Part shown: positions 52,131 to 64,000 of the stretch, piece after piece
Numbering within the stretch: the stretch's first letter is position 1
Layout: each line of letters starts with the position of its first letter
Assembly (NCBI GenBank): GCA_013239625.1
Contig: MU053588.1
Coordinates: 2,056,508-2,120,507 of the forward strand
DNA length: 64,000 nt
Source: Lama guanicoe
Lineage: Eukaryota
Direction of reading: 5' to 3'
Program-made: the position numbers and the translations under genes
Notes under the pieces: model-generated
Database searches by the model: none
What the model was told of the DNA's origin: nothing
What the model saw: only the letters and a program-made list of their open reading frames with translations

Positions 52131-52431
52131 ATTATTTTCCTTGAAACGTGGTCAGTGGTGCTCACTTCACAGTGTTTTGTTTAAGGAGTAGTGTGTTCAG
52201 TGACTGGCAGTGATCTGGCACACAGCCAACACTCCTCCTTGTCTCCTTTACCTGTTATGGGCAGCTCTGTCTCCCTAAAAGGCACCCGGCTGAGCAGCTA
52301 GCTCTGCTACTTCTTGTGTATTGCCCAGAAAAAAGAAGTTCAAAGTCCTAAAGCAAGACCTGGCTTATGCCAGGAGAACTAATGGAGTGGAGTTTAAGGG
52401 CAGCACCAAGGACTGGTGAGAGACAAGGTAG

Positions 52432-52826
52432 GTGTTAGTTTGCTGGGGCTGCCATAACAGAATGCCACAGACTGGGTGGCTTAGACAACAGCAATTCATT
52501 TCCTTACAGTTCTGGAGGTCAGAAGTCCAATGTCACAGTGCTGATAGGGTTGGTTTCTTTTGGGGCCTCTCTCCTTGGCTTGCAGACGGCCACCTTCTCA
52601 CTGCGTCCTCACGTGGCCTTTGCTCTGTGCACACATGCCCTTGGCATCTCTTCCTTTTCTGATAAAGACACCAGTCCTACTGGATTAGAGTCCCAGGCCT
52701 GTGACTTCATTTAACCTGAACTACCTCCCTAAAGGCCCTATCTCCAAATTCAGTCACACTGGATGGGGGGGTGGGTCAGGGCTTCAGTGTATGGATTTGA
52801 AGTGGGGCATGATTCAGTCTATAACA
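52432..52826 (-). mobile_element. MaLR solo LTR (MLT1A/B-like)
   Basis: gggctgccataaca...cacagactgggtggctta...cagttctggagg...ccctatctccaaat...attcagtctataaca. Confidence 0.85.
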
Positions 52827-53294
52827 AGGTGATAAGGCAAGAGGTGACTAGGGACCAGAACTAGATCACAAAAGGCCTTGGGAGACGTGTTTGGGGGCTT
52901 TCTTCACCCACCCACTCATAGAGGTCTCCCAAAAATTGGCTCCATGAAGAGTCCTCTTTCTGTCCTTTACCTTCCTGACAGGACTAAGCACTGAGTGCAG
53001 CTCAATCGCACACTTTTCAAGGTTGTCCAGATAAGAGTGGACCCAGTGGGAATCACCTGAGAGAAGCTGCCTGGAAAGCAAGCCAGCCTGGGAGGAGTTA
53101 TGCAAATTAGATGCAAATAACCCATCTAGAGAGGCTTCCTTCTTTGGGTTAGTGGCCCAGGCAGGGCTTTTGAAAAACAGCCTAAATCCGAACAGAACAG
53201 TCCATTAATTCCTGTGTTTGACAAATCTGAGCACCCACTGTGGCAGGGACTATTCCAGGCTCTGGGGCCTTTGCAGAGTTTATGTTCCAGGCCT

Positions 53295-53621
53295 GCACTA
53301 GTCCAATATAATACTGTCAATATTAAGCACTTGACATATGGCTAGTCTGAATTGAGATGTGCTGAAGTATAAAATGCACACCCGATTTCAAAGACTTAAT
53401 ATAAAAGTTTCATAACATATAAATATCTATCAGTTTTATAGTAAATGCATGCTGAAATGACAATATGTTCAATGCACTGTATTAAATACAATATATGTTA
53501 TTAAAGTTAATTCCATCTATTTCTTTTTCCCCTTTTCCCCCCACAGAACTCCTAGAAATTTTGAAATTACATCTGTGACTTGCATCTGTGGCTCACATTC
53601 TATTTCTCTTGGACTGTGCTG
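53295..53621. mobile_element. MER33-like hAT DNA transposon
   Basis: ggctagtctgaattgagatgtgctg...gtggctcacattctatttctcttggac. Confidence 0.8.
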
Positions 53622-53756
53622 GTCTATAGGCTCCACCCGGAGACTCTGTCTGATCAAGCTCATTCTAGTGGACATAGTCAGAGGAGACCTTAACTTGGAC
53701 CACCTTTCTTAAGGATTAGGCAGTTTGGGGCAAAAGCCTCTATCTGATGATACCTG

Positions 53757-53935
53757 TTTTTATTTTGGGGGGGTGTTTTGGGGAGGAGGGGTAACTGGGT
53801 TTGTTTATTTATTTGTTTGTTTGTTTATTTATTTATTTTTAATTAACTTTTTTAAAGAGGAGGTATTGGGGATTGAACCCATGACCTCGTGCATGCTAAG
53901 AATGTGCTCTGCCAACTGAGCTATACCCTCCCCCC
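53757..53935 (-). mobile_element. tRNA-Ala-derived SINE (Vic-1 type)
   Basis: Antisense SINE; TSD cctgttttta. Confidence 0.9.
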
Positions 53936-54073
53936 AACGCCTGTTTTTAAATGAGCTGTAAGGACTGAGAAAAGGAGGCAAAGAAAGAGATGAGATCAGC
54001 ACACAGCTGGGGAGACCAGAGAGGGACACAAAGAGTGTTCTTATGCCTGGGAGCACACTTCCAACTTGCCCTC

Positions 54074-54572
54074 TGTGACAGGCAGAAAACTGACCCTCAA
54101 TAGATGTTCACGTCCTAATGCCCAGAACCTGTTGGTATATTAACTTACATGGAAAAAGGGAGACTTTTATGATCAAGCTAAGGATGTTGAGGTGGGGAGA
54201 GTATCCTAAATTATCCAGGTGGACCAAATGCAATCACAACGGTCCCTATAAGTGAAAGAGGGAGGCAGGAAAGCCAGAGAAGGAGATGTGATGATGGAAA
54301 AAGTGGTTGGAGTGATGCCATGCTGGCTCTGAAAGTGGAGGAAGGGGCCATGAGCCAAGGAATGCAGGTGGTCTCTAGGAGCTGGAAAAGGCAAGGAAAT
54401 GGATTCTCCTCTCAAGGCTTCAGAAGGAATGCAGCCCTGTGACATTTTGATTTTAGCCTAGTGAGAGTAATTTTAGACCTTTAACCTCCAGAACTGTGCA
54501 GTAGTAAGTGTGTGTTGTTGTAAGCCACTAAGTTAGTGTAATTTGTCACAGCAGCTGGAGGAAACTAACACA
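54074..54572 (+). mobile_element. MaLR solo LTR (MLT1D-like)
   Basis: tgtgacaggcagaa...gctggaaaaggcaaggaaatggattctcc...ggaaactaaca. Confidence 0.85.
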
Positions 54573-55299
54573 CTCCCTTGCCTGCTGGATATTTCTTTGA
54601 GTCACATTCCTCAGCAGCCAAGAGAGCCACTTCCTTCTGAGGTATAGTGGGGAAAGCCCTTGTTGGGTCTTCAATATACCCTGTGGATCTTTGGAGAAGC
54701 CACTTTTCCTCTAGACTAAGGTTGAGGAGCAAGGAGATTGAAAAACTGTGTGCAGTTCTAGTGGAGAGGAATGGCATATTTGTCTGCACTGGGCATCAGC
54801 ATAGATGCCATTTCTAAAATTAAGATGAAACAAGTATCAATGAATTGGATAGTTGTTCAATATGTTGAATCCTTCACATGAGATAAATCATCTCATTTAA
54901 TTCTGAGAACAGCCCTATGACTTAGATAACCATTACGATCCCATTTTAAAGCTAAGGAAACCAAGGCCAGAGAGGCTGGGTAAGTTGCCCACAATGACAA
55001 AGACAGGAAAATATGAGTCAGGAGTCAAACCTAGGCTTACAGACTGTTGAGAATCACCCTTCACTGGTGGGAGAGACCATGATGAACAGGGTGGATCCAT
55101 AAGTTTCATTCATTCATTCATTTATTCATCCATCTTCCAGGAATTTGGGCCCCTGTGCTTGGCATTCAGGGTAGAGTGATGAAACAACTCAGGCCAGACT
55201 CTTGCAGCATGGAAGTCATATTCTATCAGAAGGACACCAACAACTGAGAAGTAAGCCCATTATGATGAGAATGATGATGAACATTAAGAGAGTGAGGTG

Positions 55300-55863
55300 C
55301 ACCTAAATATCCAACAACAGATGACCAGATAAAGAAGCCATGGTATATTTATACAATGGAATACTACTCATCTATAAAAAAGAATAAAACAATGCCATTT
55401 GCAGCAACATGGATAGACTTGGAGATCATCATTCTAAGTGAAGTAAGCCAGAAAGAGAAAGAAAAATACCATATGGTATCACTCATATGTGGAATCTAAA
55501 AAAAGAAAAAAGAAGACACTAAAGAACTCATCTATAAAACAGGAACAGACTCACGGACATAGTAAACAATCTTATGGTTATCAGTCGAAAAGGAGAGGTG
55601 GGAATGGATAAAGTGGGAGTTAGAGATATGCAAATATTAACTATTATATATAAAATAAATAAACAAGTTTCTTCTGTAGAGCACAGGGAACTATATTCAA
55701 TATCTTGTAATAACCCATAATGAAAAAGAATATGAAAAGGAATATATGTATGTATATGTACCACTGAAACATGATGCTGTACACCAGAAATGGACACCTT
55801 GTAAACTGACTATACTTCAATTTTAAAAAGAAAAAAGAAAAGAAAAAATTTTTTTTAAAAAAG
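55300..55863 (+). mobile_element. 5'-truncated LINE-1 3' end
   Basis: L1 3'UTR plus A-rich tail; 13-bp TSD agagagtgaggtg at 55287-55299 and 55864-55876. Confidence 0.92.
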
Positions 55864-55905
55864 AGAGAGTGAGGTGACAGGGAGTGGATGGGCCTGGGAG
55901 GCTAC

Positions 55906-56011
55906 TTTTTTTTTTTTAAGTTCTTTTTTTTTCTTTTTTTCCCCCTGGGGATTGAACCCAGGACCTTGTACATGCCAAGCTTGTACTCTGCCACTGAGCT
56001 GTACCTTCCCC
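55906..56011 (-). mobile_element. tRNA-Ala-derived SINE (Vic-1 type)
   Basis: Antisense SINE; TSD gggaggctacttt. Confidence 0.88.
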
Positions 56012-56879
56012 AAGGGAGGCTACTTTCTGAAGCACTATGTGGTTCTGAACTTGAGAGCCCTCTGTCCTCTAAGGGGTGTCATGACCAAATTCATCATGTT
56101 TCCTATCTTCTTTTTTCCTTGGTAACCCCCCCAGAGATAAGCTCCTCTCATCATCCTAGGTTCTCTCCTCTCCATCATTCTGTGTTGTCTTTTGCTCTAC
56201 CTACTCCTGACTCCCTCCATCCTTCCCACTCTTCCACTGTCACCCCTGTAAACCTTTCACTGAATGTTCCCTCCAACTCTTACCTTAACTAAAACCAGAT
56301 CTTTCCCCAAAGATAACCCCCACAATCCTAACTGAAGGTTCTTCATCCCTCTACTCACCAAACACCTCAAGGTCTGGAGGAGGTGGTGAGCAGTCAGGAT
56401 ATGCTGTGGAAACAAATGATCCCAAATCCCTGTGACTCACATAAATGTAGAGTCACTCACTCCCAGAGCAGGAATGAGCTGGGCTGTGCTCCACATATTC
56501 ATTTGTGGACCTGGGCTGATGGGGCAGCCTCTGAAACGCTGCCAATCTCCTGGCAGAGGAAAAACATACGGATAGCCATGAGGTGGCTCTTTAAGCTTCA
56601 GTGCAGAAGAGATAGACATCACTATGTTCACATTTCATTGGCTAAAGTGAGTCATATGGCTGAGCTTGGTATCAAGTGGGTATCTTTTAGGAGAGACAGC
56701 AAATACTGTATACAATAATACAATCTGCCATCGCTTGGCATCCCAATGCTGCTTCCAGATATTATTATGCCTTTTCTACACTCTTTAAAAATTTTTTTAA
56801 ACCCTGCTTCCCCTTGAGAGACCTCCTAGAGTAACAGCTAGACTCTCTACTATCTTCTCTACTAGCTCTTCAGTCTCCC

Positions 56880-57580
56880 TAGAAATCTGAGAGTCACAAC
56901 CTCTTGCTGCTCCCTCATTCCAGAGCAGATCCTTTAGAATGTTCCAGAGGTTCAAAATCTGTCACTTCTCTCAATCCCCACAGAAGCCCCCCTCCTCCAA
57001 GCCACATCATCTCTCACCTGTACTATTACAACAGCAACCTTCCCAGTCTTGCCCTACAATTCATTCATGATCTACCCAACAACAGGGATAGATCAAACCG
57101 TCACTCCCCTGCTTAATCCTTCTGTAGCTTCCCATTGTCCTTGAGGGAGAGTCTAAAAGCCTCACCCTTTCCCAGAAAGCTCTTCCCAGCAGGCTGCCCC
57201 ATCCACCATCCCGTCACTCCGAAGTCAAGCCACATGGGGCTTCCTCGGTGTCATGAACTGACACTTTAATTACTTTAGGGCTATCACAACCCTGTTCTCT
57301 TCGCCTGAAACTCTCTCCCTCCCCTGCCTCTTCATCTTTCAGGTTTCAGCTTCATCACTGAGGCCTTCAGGTCTAGCTGGTTCTTTCTGCACATGCGCCC
57401 CCTCAGCGCCCCCCTACTGCCCCTTCCGACACACTCACTCCTGTCAGCGTTTGCTCAGTGCCCCTGCCACCCACCCAGAATTGGAGCCGCATGAAGGCAG
57501 GCACTGTCTCCTCAACTGCTACATACCGAATACAGTGGTTGTGCTCAGTTAACACTTTTTCAATGACAATGAATTTGTGA
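56880..57580 (+). mobile_element. LINE-2 fragments
   Basis: catctctcacctgtactattacaacagc...tcactcccctgcttaa...catgaaggcaggcactgtctc. Confidence 0.6.
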
Positions 57581-58184
57581 TACATGAAGGCTGGGGGAGG
57601 GAGATGATAAAGGTGAACAGAGGCAATTATTTTTGATTGAATTAGCCTCCCAAATTAATCAGGAGAGGTAGAAGAGGGCTGCGACATGTGCGCCCCCTCT
57701 GAATCATTTAGTCCTAAACTCCTTGAACATCTCTCCCTTCCTGCATTTCCCACTGTGCTTCTAGACCTCATGAAATGCCTTCCTCACCCACATTTACTGA
57801 AAGAAATCTGGTTTCGTGCCTGAGAGGAGTGCTTCTGTCCCCCTTCCTCCTCCCTAACTCCTGCTGTTCTCACCTCTCCCCCAGTCCTCCTTCCCAGCAC
57901 ATCCCACAGGCCCTCCAAACCAAGTAGTCTGGAAAGTCTGGAGCGTCACCGACAAGTTGCCTGTCCTCAGATTCATTCCTAAACAGAAAGACTTGAATGA
58001 CACCCTGAAAAAAAGAAACATGATGCATGAGTGAGACGCATCCTGGGCCGGGGTTTGTGAAGTCCATCTGCCAAACCAGGCTGTGCTACCGGCCTGATGG
58101 GACCAGCTTTGGAAAGGCCCCAGAGTCAAACCAGCATTCCTCCCTCTAGGCTAAGATGGTGTCTGAATTACAACACTGGAGACA

Positions 58185-58580
58185 GCTTTAGGCTGCAGGG
58201 GCTGCCGTAACAAAGTACCGCAGGCTGGGTGGCTTAAAGCAACAACAGAAATGTATTTCTCACAGTTCTGGAGGCTAGATGCTCAGGATCAAGGTATAGG
58301 CAGATTTAGCTTCTCCTGAGGCCTCTCTCCTTGGCCTACATATGACTGCCTTCTTGCCTCTGTGCACATGCATCCCTGGTATCTCTGTGTTTACATTTCC
58401 TCTTCTTATAAGGACACGGGTCATGAGTGAATTAGGACCCACCCTAAGGCCTCGTTTTAATTTAATCACCCCTTTAAAAGCCCTATCTCCAAATACTGTC
58501 ATTTAGAGGTACTGAGGGTTAGGGCTTCAACATATGAATTTGTGGGTAGGGGTCGGGGAGACACAATTCAGCCCATAAAA
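58185..58580 (-). mobile_element. MaLR solo LTR (MLT1A-like)
   Basis: gggctgccgtaacaaagtaccgcaggctgggtggcttaa...gacacaattcagcccataa. Confidence 0.85.
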
Positions 58581-59966
58581 GACATTCCTTGGTTTTAGGA
58601 TATCAACAGTCCTTCAGTGTTCTCTGAATAAGAGAAGTAACTATTAGATTAATGAGTAATTGAATTTGTTATCCATGAAAGCTAGGGACAGGATATCATT
58701 AATTTAAAAATGAATAGGTACAATTAATTGTATGTAAACTAGCTCTATAATTTAATGAGAGCAGGGGAGGCCTGGGAACCAGATACTTCCTCTTGGTTGT
58801 GCCACTCTTGAAGGAAAGACAGTGGGCCTTAAGTATATCCTTGCAAACCAAAAACAAGAAAGCATGAATCCAGAAAAGTAGAGAGCTCTAGACTCAGAAC
58901 TTTTCCTGCAGTTATCTGCATAAAACCTGGGTGTTAATGGGCCATCTTCAAAGAAGAAAAATCCTGGGACTTAAGCAGAGTAAGAGGAAAGACCAGAGAC
59001 CTACACATAAAATTCTAGAACCTGAGGGCAAACCCTCAGTTGGTGCTTTTTTTTTTAAAAAAAAAAGCTCTCCCCCTGAAAAAGATATTAGGAATATATG
59101 TTTGTCTCTGCCTTTATGATGAGTAAAGCAAGTGAAAAATTCCCTCTGAGAATTCCTAACAATAAGCACATATTCCTGTGAATTTAGAGCCTAAATTTGT
59201 ACTATCTGTATAGCCTGAAAGACCTCCAGACAAAATTTTATAGTGGTCCCACACTGGCAATTCCCACAAGGACATGGCATAAGCAAAAACTAACTCTATC
59301 CAGGGAAATTCATTTTAAAGCCCCAGACTTTAAAGAATTTCCACAGACAAAATCGCAAGGAACATGAGTTCTATAAACCATGCAAGCAGAAGCAATAAAC
59401 CTCAGAATCGGACTTACAATTGGTAAAAATGTTGGAATGATAAGGCACAGAATATAAAATAAGTATATTAAATGTTTAAAGAAATTGAAGATAGTATTTT
59501 AAAAATACTGAAGGGAAAACAGATTCTCAAGATTGGAAAAGGAGATTTGATTGAACAAGAAAAGCTAGAAATCGCAGACATGAAAATTTTAAAACCCAGT
59601 GGACAAATTAAGTAGATTATATTACAGCTGAAAGGAGAGGAAACTAGAACACACATATATATATATGAAGAAATTACACAGGGTGCAGCACAGAAAGAAA
59701 AAAATGGGTAAATGAATAATGGGCTAAGAAATATGGAATAGAGTGGGAAGGTCCAAAAAACATCCAATTCGTGGTTTAAGAAAAAGATACTAGGAGGGAG
59801 AGAAGCACATTTGAAGAGATAATATCCAGGAATTTTTCAGAATTGATGAAAGATTATTCCTCAAATTCAGGAAATCCAATGAATCCCAAGCAGAATACTT
59901 TTTAAAAGACTCACACTAGATACACAGTAAGCCTTAGCACACCAAAGAGAAAAGCCAAAACATTAC

Positions 59967-60061
59967 TTTTTTTTTTTTTAAGTGGAGGTACTGGGGATTG
60001 AACCCAGGACCTTCTTCATGCTAAGCATGTGCTCTACCACTGAGCTATACCCACCACCCCC
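59967..60061 (-). mobile_element. tRNA-Ala-derived SINE (Vic-1 type)
   Basis: Antisense SINE; TSD-like aaaacattactttt / aaagcattactttt. Confidence 0.9.
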
Positions 60062-60808
60062 AAAGCATTACTTTTTATTTCTCAATAGCAATGACAGAAA
60101 CCAGAAGATAGTGGAACGAGACCTTCAAAGTGCTAAAATAAAGTAACTGTCACAGTAGAACCATATGCCCAGCAAAATATCTTTCAAGAACAAAAATAAA
60201 ATTATTGTTTAGACAAACCAAAAACTAGGAATTGATCACCAAGATACTCTCCTCAAAAGAACTTCTAAAGGATATACTTCAGGAAGAAGGAAACTCATCC
60301 TAGAATGAAGATCTGAAACACAAAAAGGAATGATAAGAAAAAAAAAGTAAACAAAAATGAAAGGTAAACATATCAAAAATATCAAAACTCTATCAAAAGT
60401 ACAGTAACAATGTCAAATTTTGGTGTTAAAAGAAGAACTAAAATTTTGAACAACTTACAAATGGAGGGGATTTTGTTGAAAATATATGATAATATTTTTA
60501 GAGTAACCACTTAAAAAAAAAAAAGAAAGTTACTGTTAAACTTTCAATATAGCACAGAGGGGAAAATGGAAATGTTGGGAGGAGACAATCCAAAAAATGC
60601 CAGAAGCAGAAGAAGAATAATAGAAAAAGCAAAACAGGAATAGATAATATAACTGGAGGAATTCTGCATCTCCCTTCTTTAGAGAACAGATGAGAGCATC
60701 TTTGTTCAAGATTAGGTGAAATGTGATGTCTTGTGGTTGTTAAACAGAAGTTCAAATATGCGTAGACAGACACTTATGGGTGCTGAGTAGTCAAAAGGGT
60801 AGGTGGAC

Positions 60809-61358
60809 TGTGTTGGTGACTAATCCATTGGTTCTTAGCCCAACCGACCCTTTTACACTCTGCTTTGTGGCGCTGAGGCTGCCAGCTCCCTATATGGTTC
60901 TGCTGAGAGGGAGCACAAGAAAGAGAGACAAAAGGCTAGAAGGAGAAAGTGTGTGCTTCTTCCTGTTTTACATCCTGTTCCTGCCAGCATCATCCCAGCA
61001 ATAGTCCTTCCCCTTGATGGCAGCAGTTGACTCCTGTTTCTTCCACATTCTGTCTCATTTTTCTCTCACTGACACACTAGGATCAGCTGTCCCCTTGTCA
61101 GAGGCCTGGGTCCTGGTTTTACAGGAATATTCCTTCAACCTTCTAGATTCTAATAACCCCAACCTCTTCCCTTAGTTGCCCCGGTCCTAGGGGATGAAAG
61201 CTGATTTCTGCATCTATTATTTCTGTCTATATTAAGACAATATTCCCATTTTGTCATCTCAACATGTATTTCATCAATTCAACCAATTTCTTCTATTAAA
61301 TTCTCTGTTAACATAACTGGTTCAGTTTCTGTTTTTCTGGCCAAACCCCAGTTGACAC
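60809..61358 (+). mobile_element. ERVL-class solo LTR (LTR33-like)
   Basis: TG...CA ends; attaaattctctgtt...tttctgtttttctg...gacaca 3' pattern. Confidence 0.55.
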
Positions 61359-62129
61359 ACCTTGTCTCCTGTAGCCATATGACTAATTTTTGGCCAGTGG
61401 GATATGAGCAGAAGTAAAGTGGGCAACTTCATATCCTTAAAATGAAGCTAACTGATCTGTACTTCTGCATTCTGTCTTCTCACTGAGGGGAACACAGATT
61501 TGGTGACACTAAGAAGGCTTCAACCATGCGAGTCAGCATAGTGGTCAAAGCAAGGCAATAAGAAAGATTGCTTTGTACCTGAAGCTAATACAATATTGTA
61601 AATCAACTATACTTCAATTTAAAAAGAAAAGAAAGGACCTGATGACTTCTTTGGGTGGGGCCACCTACATACTCTGGGATGTTTTGTGAAATAAATAAAT
61701 GTCTTCTGAGGCATTATGTTCTGAACTCTTTATTATATCATAACTATCTACCCTAGTGTAGACAGCTCTAAAAAAACAAAAATACAGAAGCTCAAAACTT
61801 AAATAATATAATACAAATAACTCTTGAGTTAAAAAATAAAACATAAAAGAAATAAATCCTTATAACTGAATGGCAATAAAAGCACTACCAAAACAATGTT
61901 TCAAGGGTAATTATTCTTTTGAAAATTTGTATCAACAGGTTGACAACAAATGGAGGAAGCCTCAGTTTAGGAACTTAAATATGAAACAATAGAGAAAAAT
62001 CCAAAAAATAAGAAGAAAAAGATTTAAGGCAGAAACTGATAAAGCAGAAAAATAGAGAAGATCAACAGGAATCAAAACCTGGCAATTTGAAACTCTAAGA
62101 TAAACACTCTTCAATCAAGACTGATAGAA

Positions 62130-62278
62130 GGAGGAGGGCATAGCTCAGTGATAGAGTGCATGCCTAGCATGCACAAGGTCCTGGGTTCAATCCCCAGTAT
62201 CTGCTTCCATTAAATAAATAAATAAACAAACCTAATTACCTTCCTCCCTAAAAAAAAAAAAAATGAGAAGTTTTTAAA
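62130..62278 (+). mobile_element. tRNA-Ala-derived SINE (Vic-1 type)
   Basis: SINE head plus tail; TSD aagactgatagaa. Confidence 0.92.
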
Positions 62279-64000
62279 AAGACTGATAGAAAAAAGAAAG
62301 AGGCAATTAAAAAATGAATATCTAAAAAGGGGAGAAACTATAGCTATAGATATTTTTAAATGATAAAATAAACTTTTGAAATATATAAACCAATACACTT
62401 GAAAATCTTGACAAAATGGACAAATTTCCACAAGAATAGAAAATACCAATACTGAAACAAGAAACAGTAAACTCTGAAGAGACCAACAACAATTAAAGAA
62501 CCAGAAATGTAAGTTAAAAGAAGCCTCAGGAGGTTTAACAGGGGAATTCTACTAAACTTTCAAGGAACAAGGAACACTTGTGGTATACAGATTAATTATT
62601 ACAGGGAAAAAAGAAGAAAAATTCACTTTACAAAACTGGTATATCCTTGATTCCTAAACTGAATAGTGACAATTTGGGAAATGAATATTAGAGACCCATT
62701 TTACTTTCTAAGTGTAAATACAATTTCTAAATAAAATATTAGGTAAGAAAATATAAAAATGTATGAAAAATAAAAATAAACCACCATTGAGGAGGTTTTA
62801 GTAAACATTAGAAAGTTAACAATGTAGTGCACTATATTATGGAATAAAGGAGGAAAGTCACATGGTCACCTTCATAGACTTTAAAAAAACTGATAAAGGT
62901 CAACTTCCGTTTATGATAAAAGCTCTCAGAAAACTAGGGATAGAAAGGAACTTCCATAATTTGATAAGGTCTATCTACCAAAAATCTACCATACACTTAA
63001 CACAAAACCTTAAGCTCATTCCCTTCAAGATCAGGAAGAAGACACAGCTGAACACAATCCCTACTACTATTCATTCCTTGGGGTCCTGGCCATTGCAATG
63101 AATCATTATAAATATGTATATAAGTAATGGGAGGAAGGATGACAAAATTGTCATTATTCGGATGTGATCTGGTATTCCATACAGAAACTCCAAACCATTA
63201 AAACTAATGAGAGTCAGCAAATTGGCCACATGAAATATCAAATTGGAAAAATGAACAGCATTTCTCTACATAATAGTAAACAACTAGAAACCTTAATAAA
63301 AAATAAGGTTCCATTCATAATGGTAACAAAAGTTTAAAAGTAATCTAGGATGGATAAATAAATAAATAAATAAATAATCAATCGATTGATTGATCCATCA
63401 ATCTAGGAATTCACCTGTCAATCCACAAAGCTGTTTTTGAAGAAAAAAAATTTAATGTTATTATAGGACATAAAAGTAATCTAACAAATGGGGAGATGAA
63501 CCATGTTCATGAATGCAACAATTTAATATTATTAAGATGCTTCTGCTACCTAAATCAAGGTGTAAATTCAATGCAAGCCCAAATTCCAGAAAGTTTTTTT
63601 TTAGAAACACAATAAATGTATTCAAAAGTACATGTGGGAGAATCAAGACTCACAAATAGACAAGAATGGCAAAAAAGAAAGAAAGAAAAGAAAGAGAGAG
63701 AGAGGGATAAATAATTTTCTGTATCAGATAAAATTACCAAAAAGCCAGAATAAAGAAAACAAAGGTGGACTGGCACGTAAGCAGACAAACTAATCAAAGG
63801 AACAGAACAGAGAGGAAAGAAAGAGACACGTATACATAAAAGACATTAAGATATTTCAGAATTAGCATCCCAATCAGAAGGGAAGAGATGGATTGTTAAA
63901 GAAAAGTATTGGGAAGCTGGCTCCTTATCAGGAGAAAAGAAAGGTTGGTTCCCTACCTCTCACCATAATACAGAAGTCAAATAAATGGATTAGAGACCTA

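Larger units (their letters stand above)
58800..64000 (+). mobile_element. Ancient fragmented LINE-1 (5' region, ORF1, ORF2) with SINE and LTR insertions
   Basis: ORF1-like 59500-60330; ORF2-like MIKALRKLGIERNFHNLI (62862 ORF); continues to the window end. Confidence 0.7.

Overview
Repeat-rich mammalian genomic DNA, most likely a camelid (alpaca/camel): it carries about 13 copies of a tRNA-Ala(AGC)-derived SINE matching the camelid Vic-1 type. Two gene-derived loci are visible, both on the minus strand. (1) A ZNF780A/B-like C2H2 zinc-finger pseudogene, with its finger exon at 5478-3696 and a CpG-island promoter at ~13.4-14.0 kb. It has several frameshifts and nonsense codons, and an 85-bp L1 tail inserted into finger 3 with a perfect 16-bp target-site duplication (TSD). 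I could not find its KRAB exons. (2) An apparently intact 300-aa vomeronasal type-1 receptor (V1R) gene at 24139-23237. The rest is layered L1, L2, MIR, MER DNA transposons, MaLR/ERV solo LTRs, microsatellites and a 401-N assembly gap. Notable regulatory-looking sequences are a solo LTR with eight tandem NF-Y (CCAAT) boxes, two octamers and a TATA box pointing toward the V1R, a near-consensus CTCF site at 46415, and a tandem octamer pair at 53100. I do not see a convincing new biological system. Repeat subfamily names and many repeat boundaries are by-eye estimates.
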